A DNA stretch of 32,460 nucleotides, taken from contig JBDRUJ010000003.1 in the NCBI GenBank assembly GCA_039801285.1, positions 1 through 32,460 of the forward strand, given 5' to 3'. Below, one piece after another: positions 1-8,700 of the stretch. How positions within the stretch are numbered: the stretch's first letter is position 1; every line of letters starts with the position of its first letter. The notes under the pieces are model-generated. The model ran no database searches and was not told the origin of the DNA. It saw only the letters and a program-made list of their open reading frames with translations. The DNA comes from a candidate division WOR-3 bacterium. GTDB taxonomy: Bacteria; Hydrothermota; Tepidihabitantia; Tepidihabitantales; Tepidihabitantaceae. The translations under genes were made by a program, and so were the position numbers.

Positions 1-48
1 ATTAGAATCCTACAATCTCGTAGTTAGTCTGTCAAGCTTGTGACAGGC

Positions 49-77
49 TTGACAAAACGGCTGATTGCGGCTAATGT
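49..77 (+). promoter_or_regulatory. sigma70-type promoter candidate for the FG-GAP/ASPIC gene
   Basis: TTGACA (49-54), 17-nt spacer, TAATGT (72-77). The downstream ATG at 101 has its own AAGGAG. Confidence 0.4.
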
Positions 78-100
78 TTGCCGGAAAAAGGAGTCCGGCG

Positions 101-1870
101 ATGGCAAAGATAAGACTGTTTCTGCTTCTGGCCTTTCTGGGGTCGGCAATGGGCCAGGTGACCTTTACCCTGCGGACACCGCAGGAGCTCGGGATTGACA
201 CGGTGTTCAGCTACATCAACAACTCATTTGTTGACTACGACGGCGACGGCTGGCTCGACTTCTTCTCCTATGTGGTCTATCGGAACGACGGCACCGGCAG
301 CCACTTCACCCGGCTCGACTCCACCCGCATCTTTGAGAGCGAGCTGGTGGACTGGGCCGACTTTGACGGTGATGGCGACCCGGACTGCGTCACCAACCGG
401 AAATACGGCGGCAACACCTACGATACCAACTTCATTCTAATCTATCGCAATGAAGGGCCGCCCCATTACACCCTGAGAAACATCGCCGAATCGCTCGGCC
501 TGGGCCGGCTCGACACCATCTTTGACCGCGACCTCGTTGACCCCGCCTGGCTCGACTACGACGGCGACGGCTGGCTCGACTTCTTCCTCACCAGCTACGA
601 ATGGCCCTACAACTCGGCCCAGGGCAAGCCCGACTACCTCTTCCACAGCGAGGCCGGCGAGCACTTCAGCGATGTCTCGGAGGCATCGGGCATCGCCACC
701 CCATGGTACTGCTCGCGCGGGGCGAGCCTCTTTGACTTCGACGAGGACGGCGATGTGGACATCTTCGTCTCGGTCTATCGGCTCCAGCCCAACCTCCTCT
801 GGCAGAACAACGGCGACGGGACCTTCACCGATGTTGCCGAGGAGAAGGGCGTCCAGGGCCTCTACATCGGCGGCTACTACGGCCACAACATCGGCGCGGC
901 AATCGCCGACTACAACAACGATGGCCATCTGGACATCTTCACACCCATTACCCACCATGCCGGCTATCCCGGCGACTCGACCGGCCACCTCTGGATAAAT
1001 AACGGCCCGCCCGACTGGGACTTCACCTGCCGCTTTGCCGGCTCAGGGATGCGCAACACCGAGATTGGTGCCAACCCCTCCTGTGCCGACTTCGACAACG
1101 ACGGCGATGTTGACCTCCTCTGGACCAACCTCTACGGCGCGCCCCGGCCCGATTTCTACCTCTACCGCAACGACGGCGACTGCCACTTCACCGATGTCAG
1201 CGACTCGGTCGGACTCGGTCCCAGGCAACGCATCAACTACGGCATCTGGGCCGACTTCAACAACGACGGCGCAATTGACCTCTTCTGGGCACGCTACGAC
1301 GGCAGCGCCTACCACTACGAGTTCTGGGTCAACTCCGGAAACGAGAACCACTGGCTTGAGGTTGACCTGAAAGGTGCCTGGCCCAACACCTCGGCGATTG
1401 GCGCAAGGCTTGACCTCTGGGCCGGGGAGCTCCATCTGGTGCGCGAGGTCCTCCACAACCAGGGTGAACACTACGGCTCGGTCTTCCTCGCCCGGCAGCA
1501 CTTCGGCCTGGGCCAGCACGAGAGAATCGATTCTCTGGTGATTCGCTGGCCCGACCGAAGCCGGGATGTTCTCTTCCAGGTTCCGATTGACACCATCATC
1601 ACCATCGTTCAGGGGCCACCGGCAATCGGGCAAAGGGCCGCGACCGGCTGCCAACCGCTGCCAGCCACTATCGCCCTCAAAAATAGGGAGCTGAAACTCC
1701 CAGCGACCGGTCCGGCGATGGTCGTCATTGACGGCTCAGGAAGGGTTCAAGGCCGGCTTCACCCCGGTCCGGACGGCACGGTCAGTTGGCGGCCCGATGT
1801 CTCAGGGGTTTACTTCCTGTTCAGCCGAGATGCCGACTTGGGCAAACCGAGGAAGGTGATAGTCCGGTAG
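101..1870 (+). CDS. secreted FG-GAP/VCBS-repeat protein with ASPIC/UnbV-like module (CRTAC1-type) and T9SS-like C-terminal tail
   Basis: The ORF track starts at 65 (TTG). ATG 101 is preferred because AAGGAG (88-93) lies 7 nt upstream and a signal peptide follows (MAKIRLFLLLAFLGSAMGQ). Ca-binding FG-GAP motifs: DYDGDGWLDFF (twice), DFDGDGDPD, DFDEDGDVDIF, DYNNDGHLDIF, DFDNDGDVDLL, DFNNDGAIDLF. ASPIC/UnbV-like block: NHWLEVDLKG...HFGLGQHERIDSLVIRWPD. Beta-rich tail: ...VSGVYFLFSRDADLGKPRKVIVR. Confidence 0.85.
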   Translation: MAKIRLFLLLAFLGSAMGQVTFTLRTPQELGIDTVFSYINNSFVDYDGDGWLDFFSYVVYRNDGTGSHFTRLDSTRIFESELVDWADFDGDGDPDCVTNRKYGGNTYDTNFILIYRNEGPPHYTLRNIAESLGLGRLDTIFDRDLVDPAWLDYDGDGWLDFFLTSYEWPYNSAQGKPDYLFHSEAGEHFSDVSEASGIATPWYCSRGASLFDFDEDGDVDIFVSVYRLQPNLLWQNNGDGTFTDVAEEKGVQGLYIGGYYGHNIGAAIADYNNDGHLDIFTPITHHAGYPGDSTGHLWINNGPPDWDFTCRFAGSGMRNTEIGANPSCADFDNDGDVDLLWTNLYGAPRPDFYLYRNDGDCHFTDVSDSVGLGPRQRINYGIWADFNNDGAIDLFWARYDGSAYHYEFWVNSGNENHWLEVDLKGAWPNTSAIGARLDLWAGELHLVREVLHNQGEHYGSVFLARQHFGLGQHERIDSLVIRWPDRSRDVLFQVPIDTIITIVQGPPAIGQRAATGCQPLPATIALKNRELKLPATGPAMVVIDGSGRVQGRLHPGPDGTVSWRPDVSGVYFLFSRDADLGKPRKVIVR

Positions 1871-1890
1871 GGCTGTTATTCCAAAAGGAA

Positions 1891-1911
1891 GGGACTCTTC
1901 AGTCCTCATTT
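1891..1911 (+). terminator. weak intrinsic terminator candidate
   Basis: GGGACT-CTTC-AGTCCT hairpin (one G.U pair) followed by CATTT. The stem is short. Confidence 0.25.
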
Positions 1912-2446
1912 CGACGCCCCACTCAACCTTTGATTGAGGAGCCGGCTGAGCCGGGATTTTATCAGCCATATTTCCTGCAGCCTGGAACCGCCGGTAGACC
2001 GAAGTCTCAGCCCCTTACTGAGCCATGACTTAGCCTGTTGGCTCAAACTTCATTTCGGCCCGCCGGTCCATCCAGCGCTGAATCAACAACTTAGCTGGAA
2101 TATTACCAGCCGCTTCGAATCGGGGCTCGGATGGGAACTCACTAGGGGAGTCACTCCCCTCCTGACAGGACCAGTTCGGTTCCTCTTCAGTCATAAAAGG
2201 TCCAGCCTCTGTTATATCCTATGGTTAGCTGACAACAGCATCGCTGAAAAATTGGGGAGCGGTTGCGGGTTAGAGACCTCTTCCTCCTTTCTTCATTCTG
2301 AGTCCGAACCGCCCCCCTAAAACCGTCATTTCACCGAGCCGGAAGGGCGAGTTGAGAAATCGCTCTCTCCTTATTTTCTCTATTTAGATACGCATAAGGA
2401 ACTACCCGGCTGCATCCGGAATGACATGGGCGATGTCCTGACGTCA

Positions 2447-2475
2447 TTGACATTGAGTCAGGCCTAGATTATAAT
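2447..2475 (+). promoter_or_regulatory. consensus sigma70 promoter abutting the start codon (leaderless transcript predicted)
   Basis: TTGACA (2447-2452), 17-nt spacer, TATAAT (2470-2475). Only 7 nt (TTTTTAT) precede ATG 2483 and there is no Shine-Dalgarno. Confidence 0.6.
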
Positions 2476-2482
2476 TTTTTAT

Positions 2483-3079
2483 ATGCGCAGCCTAGTAGCA
2501 CTCTTGGCGATTGTGCTGTTCATAACTTCGCTGGGTAGTAATTGCGGCGGCCGGCCGGAAAAGGCGCCGGTCAAATCCAAGGTAAAGGTTGACACCACCA
2601 TGCTTCCTCCAGAGCCAAGCGAAGAAAAAGCCACAACCAGAGGGGCTGAGGAGCGTTTCGCAACGCCCAGCACAACATCAACCGATACCAGCAAAAATTG
2701 GAGGTTCCGCGTGCCGCCCCTGCCCCCAGGGGCGAAGTGGCGAAGAAACACGCCGGTTCAGGAGGGACCGAATGTTGACCTCTCCCAGCTGCCCAAGGAG
2801 CTTATCTATCCCGGTGCCAAGGTGCTGGGCCGGTATGGCGACTATACCTTTCCTGGGCTTGGGCCCTCTTACAACTTTGTGACTAACGACTCAATTGATG
2901 CAGTTGAGAGCTATTTCCGGAAGTCAATGGCTAAATGGACAACGCTCAAGGAAATTCATGAGGGTGACACACTTGTCTGGGTGATGTACGAGTCAAAGGA
3001 TAAGAAGGAGGTTGCCGAGTACATTGCGCGGCAGCTTCCGGACCGGACATCACTGGTGATTCTCCACTGCCGGCGCTAG
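2483..3079 (+). CDS. hypothetical secreted protein / putative lipoprotein
   Basis: 198-aa ORF. Hydrophobic N-terminus MRSLVALLAIVLFITSLGSNCGG (Cys after the signal-like segment), then a Pro/Thr/Ser-rich linker and a globular C-terminal half. I recognise no family. Confidence 0.65.
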   Translation: MRSLVALLAIVLFITSLGSNCGGRPEKAPVKSKVKVDTTMLPPEPSEEKATTRGAEERFATPSTTSTDTSKNWRFRVPPLPPGAKWRRNTPVQEGPNVDLSQLPKELIYPGAKVLGRYGDYTFPGLGPSYNFVTNDSIDAVESYFRKSMAKWTTLKEIHEGDTLVWVMYESKDKKEVAEYIARQLPDRTSLVILHCRR

Positions 3080-3142
3080 CGGGTTTCCGGAAATCATGTC
3101 TTGGAGTAGGAATTCCCAGCACAGCAAAACAAGGAGGATGAA

Positions 3143-3790
3143 GTGAAGGGAGTAGTGGTAGTAGTGACAGTGGTCTTGGGTCTGGCGCTGGTGCCGCCGG
3201 TGGCGGCGCTGGACATCACTGGAGTCAGTTTCAGCGGCAGCTATCAGGTGGCGATTGACTCGGCGCTGCTTGAGACCGATTTCGGCGTCTTCATGTATCA
3301 GACCCCGGGCTGGGGCGGTGATACGATGGCGCTCGATACATTCCTCTTCTCGGATGTGGCATCCTGGCTCAGGTCGGTAAAGGTCTTCATGCTCGTTGAC
3401 AGTGTGCCCTATCGGCTGGATATTACCCATCCGATGCCGGACAGCTGGTACTATCTTGCGATGGTTCCGCCGGTAAGCCCTGGGGTCAAGTTCATACCGC
3501 CGCCCGGGCTTGAGGGATGTGCTGGTGGCGGGCTCGGACTGCGGTCGGTGGCGACGGTGGCGCAGGACCGGGTGGTGTTTGAGCTTGCCGGTTCCGGCTC
3601 TGGGCTTTTGGAGATTTTTGATGCGGCGGGCAAGCCGGTCTGCGCCATTCCGATATCAGGCTCTGGCACCAGCCGTCTTGTATGGCACGGCGACGACAGC
3701 CAGGGCCGACCGGTGCCCGTTGGGCTCTATTTCTGCCGGTTGCTGAGTCGTGCGGGCTCGGCCGTAACCAGGGTGGTTCTGATACGATAG
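3143..3790 (+). CDS. hypothetical secreted protein with T9SS/FlgD-Ig-like C-terminal tail
   Basis: GTG start 5 nt after AAGGAGG (3131-3137). Signal-like N-terminus VVVVVTVVLGLALVPPVAA. C-terminal tail: VVFELAGSGSGLLEIFDAAGKPV...GRPVPVGLYFCRLLSRAGSAVTRVVLIR. Confidence 0.7.
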   Translation: MKGVVVVVTVVLGLALVPPVAALDITGVSFSGSYQVAIDSALLETDFGVFMYQTPGWGGDTMALDTFLFSDVASWLRSVKVFMLVDSVPYRLDITHPMPDSWYYLAMVPPVSPGVKFIPPPGLEGCAGGGLGLRSVATVAQDRVVFELAGSGSGLLEIFDAAGKPVCAIPISGSGTSRLVWHGDDSQGRPVPVGLYFCRLLSRAGSAVTRVVLIR

Positions 3791-3796
3791 GAGAGC

Positions 3797-3825
3797 TTGA
3801 CCTTCACAGATGTTATTTTTATAAT
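3797..3825 (+). promoter_or_regulatory. consensus sigma70 promoter for the SBBP-repeat gene
   Basis: TTGACC (3797-3802), 17-nt spacer, TATAAT (3820-3825). The ~57-nt leader contains a CTTCCGG...CCGGAAG hairpin and AAGGAGG (3877-3883). Confidence 0.55.
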
Positions 3826-3888
3826 GATAACTTCCGGATGCTGAGAGGCGGCCGGAAGAGAAGAATAGCCTAATCTAAGGAGGAAGTC

Positions 3889-5514
3889 GTGTATAAGTCA
3901 GTCGTGGTTGTTATTCTGTTCGGTCTGACAGTTGCTGCTGCCTATGGCCCGGGTGACCTGGCCTGGAGCAACCGTTACAATGGCCCGGGCAACGACTTTG
4001 ACTATGCGGTTGGAATCGCAGTTGATGGCGATGGCAACTGCTATGTGACCGGCTACAGCCCAGGACCGAGCACAGGCAATGACTTTGCTACAATCAAATA
4101 TGATGCCTCGGGTCAGCAGGTATGGCTGCAGCGCTATGCCGGGCCGAGCTATTCAGACGATGTTCCGGTTGCTATCAAACTTGACAATCAGGGAAATGTC
4201 TATATTGCCGGCCGGGGTGGCATCTATCCCAATTATAACATCATCACCATCAAGTACAACAGTGCCGGCGAGCAGCAATGGGTAGCCACCTGGGCCGGAC
4301 CGGGGAACAATGCCGATTATGCCGGCGGCCTGGCTGTCAATCCGGCGACCGGTGAGGTATGCGTTGCCGGCTGGAGTGTTGATGCGACCACCCTTCAGGC
4401 CGATATTGTGGTGGTGAAGTACAACTCCAGCGGGACTCAGCTCTGGGAAGAGACCTGGGACAACGGCGGCAACGATTATGGTTATGCGGTGGCGATGGAC
4501 GGCTCGGGGAATGTCTATGTTGCCGGCGCTACCGGCGAAGATTACGTCACCCTGAAGTTTGGTTCGGCCGGCGGCGAGCTGTGGAACCAAGTCTGGAACG
4601 GACAGGGTAATGCGAGCGATGTTGCCTTGGCAATTGCGGTGGACGGCTCGGGCAACTGCTATGTGACCGGCAAGACCGCCACCGCTCCCCCGCCAAGCGG
4701 CAACTGGAACATCGCCACCCTGAAATATGACCCGGACGGCAACCAGCAGTGGAGTGCCGTCTACACCGGTGTGGGCCGTGATGACATCCCGGCAGCAATC
4801 ACGCTCGACCGGACCGGGAATGTCTACCTTACCGGCTCAAGCGTGAGCCCCCAGGGTGGTTCCGACTGCATCACTTTGAAATACGACGGGGCGAGTGGCA
4901 GCCAGACCTGGCAGGCACGCTACAACAGCGCCTTCAACGGCACCGATGCCGGTGCCAACTTGGTGGTGGATTCGCTCGGCAGGGTCCATGTTGTCGGCTC
5001 AAGCACCGGCAATTTGGGCACCCCGGACTATCTGGTCCTCCGGTACTCTGCCACCGGCACCCAGGATTGGGCGGTGCGTTATGACAGCCCCTACCATAAT
5101 GATGATAAAGGTGTTGGGATTGGCCTTGACCGGAACCTGAATGTCTATGTGACCGGTTCAAGCTATGGCGGGGTGAATCCGATGGGCTACGACTTCTGCA
5201 CCCTGAAATATGAGGCCAACGGCTCGGGCGGACTTGCCGAGCTGCGGCCTGTTCTGCCGGAAGGCAGGCTTGTGGCTCATCCCAATCCGGCGAGGTCGGC
5301 GTTTATGGTAGACTACCAACTGAGCCGGGCCGGACAGGTTCGGCTTGAGCTGATTGATATGGCGGGCCGAATGGTTGCCACCCTGCTGCAGGCTGACCGA
5401 CCGGCCGGTGACCACCAGGAGCGGCTCAAACTGGAAGGGGTTGCCAAAGGTGTCTACCTTTTGCGACTTTCCGGACCGGGGGCCGAGGCTGGTGCGATTC
5501 TGGTAGTGGATTAG
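3889..5514 (+). CDS. SBBP (beta-propeller) repeat protein with T9SS type-A-like C-terminal sorting domain
   Basis: GTG start 5 nt after AAGGAGG, followed by a signal peptide. About ten tandem units of the SBBP pattern (GN.YVTG.s....D..T.KY...G...W). Tail: LVAHPNPARSAFMVDYQL...VRLELIDMAGRMV...GVYLLRLSGPGAEAGAILVVD. Confidence 0.9.
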   Translation: MYKSVVVVILFGLTVAAAYGPGDLAWSNRYNGPGNDFDYAVGIAVDGDGNCYVTGYSPGPSTGNDFATIKYDASGQQVWLQRYAGPSYSDDVPVAIKLDNQGNVYIAGRGGIYPNYNIITIKYNSAGEQQWVATWAGPGNNADYAGGLAVNPATGEVCVAGWSVDATTLQADIVVVKYNSSGTQLWEETWDNGGNDYGYAVAMDGSGNVYVAGATGEDYVTLKFGSAGGELWNQVWNGQGNASDVALAIAVDGSGNCYVTGKTATAPPPSGNWNIATLKYDPDGNQQWSAVYTGVGRDDIPAAITLDRTGNVYLTGSSVSPQGGSDCITLKYDGASGSQTWQARYNSAFNGTDAGANLVVDSLGRVHVVGSSTGNLGTPDYLVLRYSATGTQDWAVRYDSPYHNDDKGVGIGLDRNLNVYVTGSSYGGVNPMGYDFCTLKYEANGSGGLAELRPVLPEGRLVAHPNPARSAFMVDYQLSRAGQVRLELIDMAGRMVATLLQADRPAGDHQERLKLEGVAKGVYLLRLSGPGAEAGAILVVD

Positions 5515-5534
5515 GTCTGCTGGAGATTGGCGGT

Positions 5535-5570
5535 GGCAGGGGCAAATTTTGCCCCTGCCGCTGTTGTTTT
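5535..5570 (+). terminator. intrinsic terminator
   Basis: GGCAGGGGC (5535-5543) pairs perfectly with GCCCCTGCC (5551-5559) around an A/T loop. A T-rich run GCTGTTGTTTT follows. Confidence 0.7.
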
Positions 5571-5585
5571 GGTGAAAATTTCTGC

Positions 5586-5614
5586 TTGACAACCGACCCA
5601 GGGGGGGGTATAAT
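5586..5614 (+). promoter_or_regulatory. consensus sigma70 promoter for the giant Kelch/CARDB gene
   Basis: TTGACA (5586-5591), 17-nt spacer, TATAAT (5609-5614). This predicts a ~155-nt leader before ATG 5777. Confidence 0.6.
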
Positions 5615-5776
5615 TTAGACAAAGAGACCGTTTTCCTTTCGGTCTTCCAAGCCATAGCGAAAAGGGTTACTCCGCAGCGAAGGCCGAGGCTCTTGCCTTT
5701 GAGCCGACGGGGCAGGCAAAGAGTCAAGGGAGAGGAACGGTCTCAGAACGAGGTAAAATCAAAAAGGAGGCAAAAG

Positions 5777-8700
5777 ATGCGACCGAAAAGTAAAGGATTG
5801 GTGGCGCTGGCACTGCTGGCGATAGCCAGCCTCTGCCTAGCCGTCTCCGGTCCGATGACCGTCTCACCACCACTGCCGGTGCCTCACTACCACTGGGCAC
5901 CGACCGAGTTCCACGCCACGCCGTGCTACAATCCGGACTGCCATGAGGAGCATGTCTGGATGCCGGGTGGCGGGGCTGATGAGGTGCGGCCCGGGGTAGG
6001 CGGGGTTGATGGCCAGTGGGTTGCGGTTCCGGCACCGACCACCCAGCCGGACCGGATGTGCTCGGCCAACTGCTATGACGAAGTTCACGACATGCTCTAC
6101 ATGATTGGCGGTGACCCGGCCGGCTACTATGGCGTCAACAACTGCCAGCGGTTCAACCCGGTGACTAATGTCTGGACCGACCTGCAGCCGATGCCCGGTG
6201 CCCGAACCTGGCTTGATGGCGAAGGCGCCATCTGCCAAAGGCTGGGCAAGATTTACATCTTCGGCGGCTACACCGGTTCAGCCAACAACCAGACCTACGA
6301 ATACACCATTTCGACCAACTCCTGGACGACCAAGGCATCAATGACGAGCGCCACGCTCGCCTATCCCAGTGGCATCTGGCGCGACTCGCTGATGTACGTC
6401 TTCGGCGGTGCCGGGCCAAGCCTGAGCGGCTCCAATGTTGTTCAGGTCTACAACCCGTTCAACAACACTTGGGCAACCGCCACTTCGCTGCCCGAGGCCT
6501 GCGACATGGGCTCAGGGACCATCATCGGCGACACCATCTACATCACCAACGGGTATAACCGCACGTCTGGCGCACTATGGGCCAATGCGCGCAAGGGCTA
6601 CATCAACCCGTCCAACCCGCTCCAGATTACCTGGTCCAACTGGACCCTGGTCCCGACCTATGGGTTCAATGGCGGCACCACCCGGCTCAACGGCTGGGTC
6701 TATCGCCTGGGCGGATTCGGGACCCTTTATGTCGGCTCGGACCATGTTCGGGGCTGGCGCTACAACCCGGCAAACCCGGGGACCTATGAGACCCTGCCCT
6801 GGCCGCCCAACCCGCCCTATCGCCGGGGACTTGCCCGCTGCAACTTCCTGAACAGGCGGGAGGCTGGCAATGAGCTCTTCATCTTTGCCGGTGACGAGTA
6901 TGGCGACTGGAGCACGCCCAATCGCTACTACTTCCGGAACCAGTTCACCCCGCCCCACGATGTCGGCGTCTCGAAGATTCTTGAGCCGGCGACATCCCTG
7001 GTCTTCACCGGCGACTCCTTCCTGCCGACGATTGAGGTGAAGAACTACGGCCTGAACCCTGAGACCGATGTGCCGGTCACCTTCCAGGTGGAGTCGGCCG
7101 GGACCGTGGTCTATTCTGCGGCCGCGCTCGTCTCCCTGGGGATCGGTGAGACCGAAACGCTCTACTTCACCGACTACTGGTATGTTGGTGGTCCGCTCTG
7201 GACCGGTTACATGGTGAAGGCCTGGACTGCGCTGACCACTGACGTGATTCCGCAGAATGACACCGCATCCCGGATGTGTCTGGTCTCAACCGACACCATC
7301 ATCTCGCCTTCGGGTGCGACCCCGCCTTCGATTGACGGCTACCTGAACTTCGCAGGCGGCGAGTGGTCTGACGCCAACTTCGCAAACCTCTCCAATGTCT
7401 CAGGCTGGGGAGCATCACCACCGGTGCCCCATGGCCCGGATGCGGCCTATGCCTGGTTCAAGCATGATGGGAGCTATCTCTATCTGGCGTTTGCCTTCCC
7501 GGAGGGGATGACCCGTGATATCGGCGACCAGATTGGCTTCTATCTTGACGAGGACGGCGACGGTGAGTGGGAGCCGGATATGACTGAGGGCAACTACTGG
7601 ATATGGGTCAACGGCTCAAGCGCCGACGAGGTGCTCTTCCGCTGGCACCGGCCCGACACCTTTGGTCCGCAGGGACTGCCGGTTCCCGGTGCCCAGTCGG
7701 CAAGCGGGACCTTCAACGGCTATCTGACCTTTGAGGTGAAGCTGCCGTTTGGCACCCTGCCCTATCAGGTGAACATGAACCCGGCGAACGACACCGGTAA
7801 GCTGTTCATCTACATGATGGACAACGGCCAGATTATGGGCTGGTGGCCGGTGGCGATGGCTGAGGACTCCTGGCGTTCACCGCAGTTCTATGGCACCTAT
7901 ATCCTCCAGACCCTGCAGAGCGGCGATGTTGGCGTGACAGGCATCCCGGTTCCTGGCTCGGTGGTTGCACCTGGTGCGACCATCACCCCGACCGGAACCT
8001 GGAAGAACTTCGGCACGACCACCATGAACTTCACCGCCTACTACTTCCTCGATTCGGCCGGAACCAGGGTCTATTCGCAGTCCCAGCCGGCGACGCTCGC
8101 GGGCGGCGGCACCGTGAACCTCACCTTCCCGAACTACACCTTTGCGAACGACACGAGCTCGGGCTGGGTTGCCAAGTGCTCGACCGTGGCGTCCGGCGAT
8201 GTCAATCCGGCGAACAATGCCATGGCGAAGAGCTTCAAGGTGAGCACCGCACCGCCGGTCCTGGGCTGGAAGGAGATGAAGCAGGTGCCGCTGACTCCTT
8301 CGGGCAAGCAGGTGAAGGACGGCGGCTGGCTCTCCTTTGACCCGGGCGCTGATGGTGGATTCATCTATGCGGCCAAGGGCAACAAGACCCCGGACTTCTA
8401 CCGCTACCATGTTGACGGCGACTCCTGGCAGACGCTGGCCCCAATCAAGCCGGGCACCGAGAACAAGCTGCCGAAGAAGGGCTGCTACGGCTGCGCCGAC
8501 GGTGCCGGTCATGTCTTCATGACCAAGGGTAACAACACCCTGGGCTTCTGGGAGTACTTTGTCGAGGGCGACTCCTGGGTCCAGCTGACCGATGTCCCGC
8601 TCGGCAACAGCGGCAAGAAGGTGAAGGGCGGAACCGACATGGTCTATGTGGTCCTCAACGACACCGGCTATGTGTATCTGTTGAAGGGCTACAAGCAGGA

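Noticed and set aside
28-45. Inverted repeat CTGTCA-AGCTTG-TGACAG just upstream of the first promoter, considered as an operator.
   Set aside because: The arms are only 6 bp and it lies at the window edge without context. It is too weak to call.
1955-2125. Two segments of gap 1 (ATATTTCCTGCAGCCTGGAACCG and ATATTACCAGCCGCTTCGAATCG) that look like a diverged repeat.
   Set aside because: Identity is only about 17/23 over a short stretch, with no supporting flanking similarity. This is within chance expectation.
2429-2440. The 12-mer GGCGATGTCCTG is shared between the regions upstream of the 2483 and 23412 leaderless promoters (second copy at 23346-23357).
   Set aside because: A 12-nt match is expected many times by chance among all position pairs in 32 kb. 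Its distance to the -35 also differs (6 versus 19 nt).
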